A stretch of DNA of 54,689 bases from Acidobacteriota bacterium (lineage in GTDB: Bacteria; Acidobacteriota; UBA6911; JACQSX01; JBPCNK01): positions 1 through 54,689 of the forward strand of contig JBPCNK010000201.1 of NCBI GenBank assembly GCA_051001345.1, given 5' to 3'. Both the position numbers and the translations under genes were made by a program. The notes under the pieces are model-generated. The model saw nothing but the letters and a program-made list of their open reading frames with translations. It had not been told where the DNA came from and did not search any database. Each line of letters begins with the position of its first letter. The stretch's first letter is position 1. Below are positions 48,674 through 54,689 of this stretch, one piece after another.

Positions 48674-49600
48674 ATGAAAACCGGATCGCAGGCCATCACA
48701 GTTGACAGCGGCCAGCCCGCTGCGCCGACGCTGGTACTTCCACGTGTCTGGTCGGGTTCTGATTTTTTCGAACTGACCAAGCCGCGTGTCACGCTGATGG
48801 TCGTGCTAACGACACTGGTAGGCTATCTGATGGGAAGCGGCAGCCCCATAGATTGGCGAGCAATGCTGTACGCTCTCGGCGGAACCGCGCTGGTAGCCGC
48901 AAGCGCCGCCGCTCTAAACCAGTTCCTCGAACGCCGCTGGGATGCGCAGATGCGCCGAACCGAAAACCGTCCGCTGGCCTCCGGACGTCTGCACCCGCTG
49001 TCCGCTCTCGCCTTTGCGCTGGCGCTGCTGGCGGCGGGACTGGCGACGCTGCTGGTTAAGGTCAATCTCCTGACAGCGGGCTTGGCGTTGGCGACCTGTC
49101 TGAGTTATCTCCTGCTGTACACGCCGCTGAAGCGGCTCACCCCTTTGTGCACGGCCATCGGGGCGGTACCCGGCGCCATCCCCCCGGTGATGGGGTGGAC
49201 GGCAGCGGGGCAGCCGCTGGACGCTGCGGCCGGCGCGCTGTTCGCCATCCTGTTCCTCTGGCAGTTCCCGCATTTTCTGGCCATCGCCTGGATGTATCGC
49301 GAGGACTATGCGCGCGCCGGATTCAAGATGCTGCCCGTCATCGATCCTCTCGGGAGATCCATGGGACGTCAGGTTGTGCTGTTCAACGCGGTCCTGATTC
49401 CGGTAAGCATTATGACAACCTGGCTGGGCTTGACCGGGATGTTGTTTGCCGCCGCCGCGTTAGGTCTCGGTCTGTTCTATCTGGTCGCAGGACTCCGATT
49501 GGCCCGGCAGCCCAACGCTGTTAGCGCGCGGCGATTGCTGCTGGCCTCCGTGATGTACCTGCCCGTCCTGCTGGTGGTCATGGTCCTCGACAAGCAGTGA
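48674..49600 (+). CDS. ctaB: Protohaem IX farnesyltransferase (haem O synthase)
   Basis: ELTKPRVTLMVVLTTLVGY, NQ..ER..D..M.RT..RPL UbiA-type motifs. Confidence 0.9.
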   Translation: MKTGSQAITVDSGQPAAPTLVLPRVWSGSDFFELTKPRVTLMVVLTTLVGYLMGSGSPIDWRAMLYALGGTALVAASAAALNQFLERRWDAQMRRTENRPLASGRLHPLSALAFALALLAAGLATLLVKVNLLTAGLALATCLSYLLLYTPLKRLTPLCTAIGAVPGAIPPVMGWTAAGQPLDAAAGALFAILFLWQFPHFLAIAWMYREDYARAGFKMLPVIDPLGRSMGRQVVLFNAVLIPVSIMTTWLGLTGMLFAAAALGLGLFYLVAGLRLARQPNAVSARRLLLASVMYLPVLLVVMVLDKQ

Positions 49601-50022
49601 CCGTTTACGACCTGCCGGCAGTCAACGCCGCGCTCAATGCGACCAGCGCACTGCTCCTTGTGCTGGGTTGGTTTTTCATACGTGCCCGGCGCATCGCCGC
49701 ACACCGCCGCTGCATGGTAGCCGCCGTCTGCACGTCGACCCTTTTTCTGGCCTGTTATCTCACCTATCATTTCTTTGCGGGGGCGACGACCTTCAAAGGC
49801 CAGGGCTGGATCCGGACGGTGTACTTTTCCATCTTGATCAGTCACACGATCCTGGCCGTCGCAGTCGTGCCGCTGGTTGGGGTGACGTTGTTCCGCGCCT
49901 GGCGCGAGCGTTTTGACCGGCATCGCGCCGTAGCCCGCTGGACGCTGCCGATATGGCTGTACGTTTCGGTGACAGGGGTGCTGGTTTACTGGATTCTGTA
50001 CCACGTCGTCCCGTCGCGCTGA
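49597..50022 (+). CDS. DUF420 membrane protein (CtaM-like)
   Basis: LPAVNAALNATSALLLVLGWFFIR...H...M, 4 TM helices. GTGA overlap with ctaB. Confidence 0.75.
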   Translation: MTVYDLPAVNAALNATSALLLVLGWFFIRARRIAAHRRCMVAAVCTSTLFLACYLTYHFFAGATTFKGQGWIRTVYFSILISHTILAVAVVPLVGVTLFRAWRERFDRHRAVARWTLPIWLYVSVTGVLVYWILYHVVPSR

Positions 50023-50121
50023 AGCGGGCCTGGTTTTTTTTGGGCCAAGGGCACTGCCCGAGCGGGACACTCGCAGCCTTCACGTTTGAGATGGCGGAAG
50101 GCCTTTCAATTGAAACAGCCG

Positions 50122-50304
50122 AACGCTCTGCGGTGCAGTGAAAAACTGCTTCACGACAGAGACACAGCGCAGCAAGGCCGCAACCGTATGCCGTATGCCG
50201 CAGGCCGGCGACGGAGCACCAACAGAGCCGCGACCGTGAGGGAGCGGGCCGGCAGATGGACGGCGTAATCGAGAATCGTCGCGAAATGTGAAGGTTTCAC
50301 TCAT
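50122..50304. repeat. Left long inverted-repeat block flanking the HEAT gene: TCTGCGGTGCAG module, GCCGTAT array, conserved core, CGAGAATCGTCGCGAAATGTGAAGGTTTCACTCAT
   Basis: 50181-50255 matches the reverse complement of 51478-51552 at 74/75. 50270-50304 matches the reverse complement of 51386-51420 (about 32/35). Confidence 0.95.
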
Positions 50305-50310
50305 TAGTTC

Positions 50311-50416
50311 TACAGAGGACACAGAGAAAACACAGAGAAAAACTTCGGACCAAAGAACCGACTGACCGTAATCCCGCATTTCTCTGTGTTCCTCTGTGTC
50401 CTCTGTGTCTCTGTGG
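50311..50416. repeat. CACAGAG-rich hairpin
   Basis: TACAGAGGACACAGAGAAAACACAGAGAAAAAC versus TTTCTCTGTGTTCCTCTGTGTCCTCTGTGTCTCTGTGG. Confidence 0.85.
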
Positions 50417-50471
50417 TGAAGACGGTCAAAAATCGGCCCCAGTTTTCCCGGGCCGCGCAAGCGGCGAAACT

Positions 50472-51278
50472 ATGAAAAAACCGCTCGCAATGATCCTGGT
50501 TGCGGCCACCTTCGTAGTGGTTCCGTTCCTGACGTGGTACCTGACATGGTTTGGGCGCCCGCTGGACGATGCCAAGGTCGCAAAGTATCTGCGCGATTCT
50601 GCTCATCCCCGACGCCAGCAGCACGCTCTCGTGCAGCTTGCCGCTCGGATGGAGCGGCGCGACCCGGACGTACGCCGCCTGTATCCCGAAGTGTTGTCGC
50701 TGGCGAGTGACCAGCGCCCTCCAATCCGAGTCATGGCCGCGTGGATTATGGGTCAGGACAACACCAGCGACGAGTTTCGCGCGGCCCTGGCCGGTTTATT
50801 GAAAGACACCAACGCGCTGGTGCGTCGCAACGCGGCTCTGTCGCTGGTCCGTTTTGGCGACAAGCGGGCTCATCCGGAAATTGTCGCAATGCTCGGGTCG
50901 ATCGACCTGAAGGCGCCGTCGCAGGGACGTGTCGTCGGATTGGTTGAAGAGGGTAGCAGCGTTGGTCCCGGTCATCGAGTGGCCCGTATAGAGGTGTACG
51001 GAGCGGCGCCTGTCGAACTTGTCGCGTCTGTACCGGGTAAAGTCCATCTTCGGACCGGAGAGAATACTCTCGTTGCTGCTGGCGAAACCGTGATGGTGCT
51101 GTTGCCCGAAGAGCAACACGTTTGGGAAGCGTTGCGCGCACTGTATCTGATCGGAAACCAGGAGGACGCTGCGCTGGTAGAGCGCTTCACGAAAAGCGAT
51201 GCCAATTTCAGCCAACGTGTCCGCAGCCAGGCCGAGCAGACGTTTCGCCGGTTGAGTAAGGCGCCCCCGGGATTCTAG
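50472..51278 (+). CDS. HEAT-repeat protein with an N-terminal TM anchor and a C-terminal lipoyl/barrel-sandwich-like segment
   Basis: DPDVRR...PPIRVMAAWIMG...LLKDTNALVRRNAALSLVRFGD are HEAT/PBS-lyase-like repeats. Confidence 0.6.
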   Translation: MKKPLAMILVAATFVVVPFLTWYLTWFGRPLDDAKVAKYLRDSAHPRRQQHALVQLAARMERRDPDVRRLYPEVLSLASDQRPPIRVMAAWIMGQDNTSDEFRAALAGLLKDTNALVRRNAALSLVRFGDKRAHPEIVAMLGSIDLKAPSQGRVVGLVEEGSSVGPGHRVARIEVYGAAPVELVASVPGKVHLRTGENTLVAAGETVMVLLPEEQHVWEALRALYLIGNQEDAALVERFTKSDANFSQRVRSQAEQTFRRLSKAPPGF

Positions 51279-51323
51279 TCGGCGCCACATCAACGGAGCG
51301 ATACTGCGGATGGGCCGCGCATA

Positions 51324-51583
51324 GCCGCAACCGTATGCCGTATGCCGCGGGCCGGCGACGGAGCACCAAAAGAGCCGTAGTATTCATGAGTGAAACCTTC
51401 GCATTTCGCGACGATTTTCGGGACACAGGAGAACACAGAGAGAAGCGGCTTACGAGTCCTACGACTACGCCTTCAATCTGCCGGCCCGCTCCCTCACGGT
51501 CGCGGCTCTGTTGGTGCTCCATCGCCGGCCTGCGGCATACGGCATACGGTTGCGCGGCTAAGCCGCGCTGCACCGCAGACTAG
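51324..51583. repeat. Right inverted-repeat block. It is itself a palindrome (arms 51324-51377 / 51503-51556) and ends in CTGCACCGCAGACTAG
   Basis: See the entry for 50122-50304. The outer tip 51566-51583 is the reverse complement of CTAGTCTGCGGTGCAG. Confidence 0.95.
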
Positions 51584-51897
51584 TACGCCAGTGGCCCGTA
51601 GAGGGATTCAAACTGGGCTAGCGGAATCATGTCGATAGCATCCCAGGGACAGCCGTCCAGAAATGTTCCGTGAGGTCCCTTGCTGACGCACTTGGTGCAG
51701 CCGATGCACTGCAGCGGATCGACGATAATTTTCGAAAAGGGAGTGGCGTCGTCCTGGACCAGGATCATGCAGTTTTCCACCGGACAATAATCCTGGCAGG
51801 CGGGCGAACCGGCACAACCCGTGCAGTTCTCATTGATGACGGCCAGCATTGCCGGCTTTTTCTTTCGACGAACAGTCAGTTTCTTCTTTTCAGCCAT
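51580..51897 (-). CDS. 4Fe-4S dicluster ferredoxin-like protein
   Basis: CTGCAGSPACQDYCP and CIGCTKC motifs. ATG 51897 with GAGGA upstream. Lys-rich N-terminus. Confidence 0.75.
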   Translation of the reverse strand: MAEKKKLTVRRKKKPAMLAVINENCTGCAGSPACQDYCPVENCMILVQDDATPFSKIIVDPLQCIGCTKCVSKGPHGTFLDGCPWDAIDMIPLAQFESLYGPLAY

Positions 51898-51930
51898 TCC
51901 CGTCCTCAGTTGCAAGTCCTTGCAAGGATA

Positions 51931-52089
51931 TCACATCGTGGCGGCGACCGACCCGGCGATTCCCAACAGCATGATTAGCACGCCAAGTCGCCACAGCAAG
52001 ACCGTCCAGCCTGTTTCCGTCTTGGGAGACAAAAGGACCAGTCCGAGAAGAAGGCACGTTCCCACGATGATCAAAGCGATCGCAATCAT
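51931..52089 (-). CDS. Small (52 aa) two-TM membrane protein. Not in the ORF track, which appears to omit ORFs shorter than about 60 aa
   Basis: MIAIALIIVGTCLLLGLVLLSPKTETGWTVLLWRLGVLIMLLGIAGSVAATM. Its ATG overlaps the upstream gene stop (ATGA at 52086-52089). GGAGG lies 5 nt upstream. Confidence 0.5.
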   Translation of the reverse strand: MIAIALIIVGTCLLLGLVLLSPKTETGWTVLLWRLGVLIMLLGIAGSVAATM

Positions 52090-53030
52090 CGAATTCCTCC
52101 ATCGATTCTTTCACTCTTTTTAAGAGAGTCTTCGACTTGCAGACAAATCCAGCTGCCGATGCGCGCATCTGGAAGTAGAAACGTCTCGGGCATGCGGTAC
52201 GGGAGACCCTCGAGACGCTGGCGGATCTTCGGCTCGATGCCACCGCGCGACAAAAGAACCGGAACGACCAGAGCGGTTCCCGACGTGCCGGCGTCGGCGA
52301 CGAGCCGGCGCAGTCGCGCGGTCATCTTGTCCCGCAGTGCGGCCGGTGCATCGTCCATCAGTGTAACCGAGTGAACGTCACGATAGCCTCCCGTGCGCGC
52401 AACCTGATGAGCCAATTGCGCCAGTTTCTCAAGCCACTGCCTGTTGGATTTCTCCGTCGTCGGACCATGCGCCACCAAAATGACGACCTCCTGGCCGGGA
52501 TTCCGGCTGATCGACGTTGCGCGGCTTGCGAGGATTTCGGCGACAAGCGGGTGGTCGTCGAGCGCTCCCGTCATCAGCACGGGACTGGACGACGGGATGG
52601 GCGACAGGTCCAACGGAGTCGCGGAGCGGCCGCCGTGGCCCACGTGTCCCGCGGGGCTTTGCAACCCGTGGGACATGCGATTGAACAGCTCCAACTCGGG
52701 CGGAGCCTCTGCATGGAGACCGAGGAGATACGCTGTCGCGTCGAAAATCGGACTATGGGAAGAAACAAACAGAGGGACGGCGACGATCCGGGCAACTCCC
52801 TGGCGGTTGAGACGCTCGACGGCTGCGGCAATCGTGTTGCGGTGGGCCATGCCGAACGCGACTTCTACGGCGGGATAGGGAAGCTGACGCGCCAGTTCGG
52901 TGACCTGGCGATTCCAAGTTTCTTCATGCCCGTGAGCCAGAAGCAGAACGCCGACGCGGTCGCCGGCAAACACAGATGCTCCCACAGCTACGATCAGAAA
53001 TAGGACAACACCTAAACGCTTCAAGAGCAT
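52086..53030 (-). CDS. CbiX/SirB-like chelatase-fold protein, two tandem domains, with a signal peptide
   Basis: MLLKRLGVVLFLIVAVGASVFA, then VLLLAHGH... and VVILVAHGP... (two CbiX-like halves). His-rich linker. Confidence 0.6.
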   Translation of the reverse strand: MLLKRLGVVLFLIVAVGASVFAGDRVGVLLLAHGHEETWNRQVTELARQLPYPAVEVAFGMAHRNTIAAAVERLNRQGVARIVAVPLFVSSHSPIFDATAYLLGLHAEAPPELELFNRMSHGLQSPAGHVGHGGRSATPLDLSPIPSSSPVLMTGALDDHPLVAEILASRATSISRNPGQEVVILVAHGPTTEKSNRQWLEKLAQLAHQVARTGGYRDVHSVTLMDDAPAALRDKMTARLRRLVADAGTSGTALVVPVLLSRGGIEPKIRQRLEGLPYRMPETFLLPDARIGSWICLQVEDSLKKSERIDGGIR

Positions 53031-53083
53031 AGAGAGTCCTTCAAAAGAAGAGATGATAACGTGATCGGAGGCCAGAGACAAGA

Positions 53084-53109
53084 CACTGGCCACTGCCCAC
53101 TGGCCACTG
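53084..53109. repeat. CCACTGG (reverse complement of CCAGTGG) heptamer array
   Basis: CACTGGCCACTGCCCACTGGCCACTG, between glgC and the CbiX-like gene. Confidence 0.9.
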
Positions 53110-53110
53110 A

Positions 53111-54346
53111 CTAACTGAACCGGATTCCGCTCGGCACTACGACAACCCCCTCATTGACGACAAACCGCTTGGCATCGTCGTCGGCATCGTAGCCGATAAC
53201 GCTGTTGGCGGGAATTTCAACACCTTCATCGATGATCGTGTTGCGGATCCGCGAGTAGCGCCCTATGGAAACGTGGTCCATCAAAATGGAGTCGATCACG
53301 TGCGAGTAACTGTTGACACGCACGTCATAGGAGAGAATGGATCGAATCACGGTGCCGCCGCTGATGATCGACCCCAGTGAGATGACGGAATCATAGCAAG
53401 CGCCTACGCGGCCTTCCTGCGCGCTTTGAAATACCGTCTTTGCTGGAGGGTACTGCCGGGGGCAGGTGCGGATCGGCCAGACGTCGTCGTAGAGGTTGAA
53501 GAGCGGGTTGACCGACACAAGGTCCATGCTGGCTTCAAAATACGATGCTATCGTGCCGATGTCCCTCCAGTACTTGGCTTCCTTCTTGTTCTCGTCTACG
53601 AAACTGTACGCGTGCACCGGTTCGCCGGAGGCGACCAGCGCAGGCAACACATTCTTGCCGAAGTCGTGATCGCTTTTCTGTTTGGCGTCGTCGATGACCG
53701 ATCGTACCAGCGCATCGGTGTTGAAGACATACACGCCCATGTTGACCTGGATGCGCTCACCCAGGCGGGCCAGCACCTCCGGGTCGCGCGGCTTTTCTAA
53801 AAAGCCGCGAACGCGGCCGCTCGGATCGGTCTCGACGACTCCGAAGCGCGAGGCTTCGGAGACGCTGGTCTCAACGGTCGCAATCGTCACGGCGGCCCCA
53901 CGTTCGATGTGCGAATCGATCAGCCCGGCGTAGTCCATCTTGTAGAGGTGATCGCCCGATAGCAACAACACGCGTTCGGGGCGCTCCTGCTGGATGAGGT
54001 AGATGTTTTGAAAGACGGCGTCGGCTGTTCCCACGTACCAGCGAGCCGAGTAGTACTGTTGCGGAGGCACCGTGTAAATGAACTCGCCGAGGTCGTGCCG
54101 AAAGATGTCCCAGCCCCGGCGGATGTGCTGGTCGAGCGTCAATGAGCGGTATTGTGTAAGGACGTAGATCCGGCGCAGTCCGGAATTGAGACAATTGGAG
54201 AGTGTGAAGTCGATGATGCGGTAGGAGCCACCAAAGGAAACGGCCGGCTTGGCTCTGTCTTTGGTGAGCGGGTAGAGACGCTCGCCTTGCCCTCCGGCCA
54301 GGATGAGTGTCAGAGTCTTTCGAAGCGTAGACAGCGCGTCAGGCAT
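53111..54346 (-). CDS. glgC: Glucose-1-phosphate adenylyltransferase
   Basis: LILAGGQGERLYPLTKDRAKPAVSFGGSYRIIDFTLSNCLNSG. C-terminal left-handed beta-helix region. Confidence 0.95.
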   Translation of the reverse strand: MPDALSTLRKTLTLILAGGQGERLYPLTKDRAKPAVSFGGSYRIIDFTLSNCLNSGLRRIYVLTQYRSLTLDQHIRRGWDIFRHDLGEFIYTVPPQQYYSARWYVGTADAVFQNIYLIQQERPERVLLLSGDHLYKMDYAGLIDSHIERGAAVTIATVETSVSEASRFGVVETDPSGRVRGFLEKPRDPEVLARLGERIQVNMGVYVFNTDALVRSVIDDAKQKSDHDFGKNVLPALVASGEPVHAYSFVDENKKEAKYWRDIGTIASYFEASMDLVSVNPLFNLYDDVWPIRTCPRQYPPAKTVFQSAQEGRVGACYDSVISLGSIISGGTVIRSILSYDVRVNSYSHVIDSILMDHVSIGRYSRIRNTIIDEGVEIPANSVIGYDADDDAKRFVVNEGVVVVPSGIRFS

Positions 54347-54348
54347 GG

Positions 54349-54496
54349 TCAGGCTCCAGTGCAGGCTCCATGCTTCAGGCTCCAGGCTTCAGCCTGTGAA
54401 TTAGCAATTGTGACGCCTCTAAAAAGTTGTGCAACGTTCCAATACGGGAACGCTCATGACTGGAGCCTGGAGCCTGGAGCCTGAAGCCTGAAGCCT
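54349..54496. repeat. Palindromic AGGCTCC / GGAGCCT-GAAGCCT element
   Basis: TCAGGCTCCAGTGCAGGCTCCATGCTTCAGGCTCCAGGCTTCAG (54349-54392) versus CTGGAGCCTGGAGCCTGGAGCCTGAAGCCTGAAGCC (54460-54495). Confidence 0.95.
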
Positions 54497-54689
54497 AGCT
54501 CTTCTGAAGCACCTGCTTGACCTTCTCCTTCAACTCGGTCAAATCGGAGGACTTGATCACATAGGCGTCGGCGGCCCAGCTCATGAAGTTTTCCTGGTAG
54601 CTCGCAAAGGCCGTGTTGAGAATGACCGGAATGTTGTTGTGCTTTCCCAGGATCCTTCCGAGAGCCTCCAGGCCGTCCATCCCGGGCAT
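54495..54689 (-). CDS. Response regulator receiver domain, C-terminal part (5' end lies outside the window)
   Basis: MPGMDGLEALGRI...PVI..TA...........A..Y..K pattern. Truncated by the window edge. Confidence 0.7.
   Translation of the reverse strand: MPGMDGLEALGRILGKHNNIPVILNTAFASYQENFMSWAADAYVIKSSDLTELKEKVKQVLQKS

Overview
This is a 54.7-kb, high-GC chromosomal window. It probably comes from a soil Acidobacteriota-like bacterium, but that is a low-confidence inference from gene content and no database search was possible. Coding is dense and mostly housekeeping.

Gene content, in order:
- Two tandem vapBC toxin-antitoxin modules.
- An NtrY-like sensor kinase with a sigma-54 (GAFTGA) response regulator.
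- A lower-GC islet holding a secreted Cys-rich/EF-hand-like gene that is cleanly split by an IS630-family element (TA duplication, A8 frameshift).
- Ornithine cyclodeaminase.
- A TetR/TolC/MFP/RND efflux operon.
- trmFO, an arylsulfatase, xerC and a DUF309 gene.
- An IS5/ISNCY-like element with CTAG duplication and an accessory small ORF.
- A Ser/Thr kinase fused to a TolB-like propeller.
- The rplU-rpmA-obg-nadD-rsfS-rlmH cluster.
- comF, a PilZ protein, thiD, usp, perM and nth.
- A Rieske / split cytochrome b / octahaem cytochrome c complex.
- Haem O and haem A synthases plus DUF420.
- glgC and a partial response regulator at the window edge.

I could not recognise any rRNA, tRNA or CRISPR.

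The most unusual signal is non-coding. Almost every intergenic gap, including gaps inside operons, is filled with tandem arrays of strict 7-nt period. There are at least 8 unit types. The arrays are usually paired with their reverse complement, giving long hairpins. They are interleaved with conserved non-tandem modules, including a 21-22-nt core present 10 times and blocks that are 68-75 nt long and 99-100% identical between distant loci.

One gene (a HEAT-repeat protein) is bracketed by a 74/75-nt inverted repeat whose outer tips resemble the terminal repeats of the resident IS5-like element.

All repeat and coordinate statements are read directly from the sequence. All functional interpretation of the repeats is inference.
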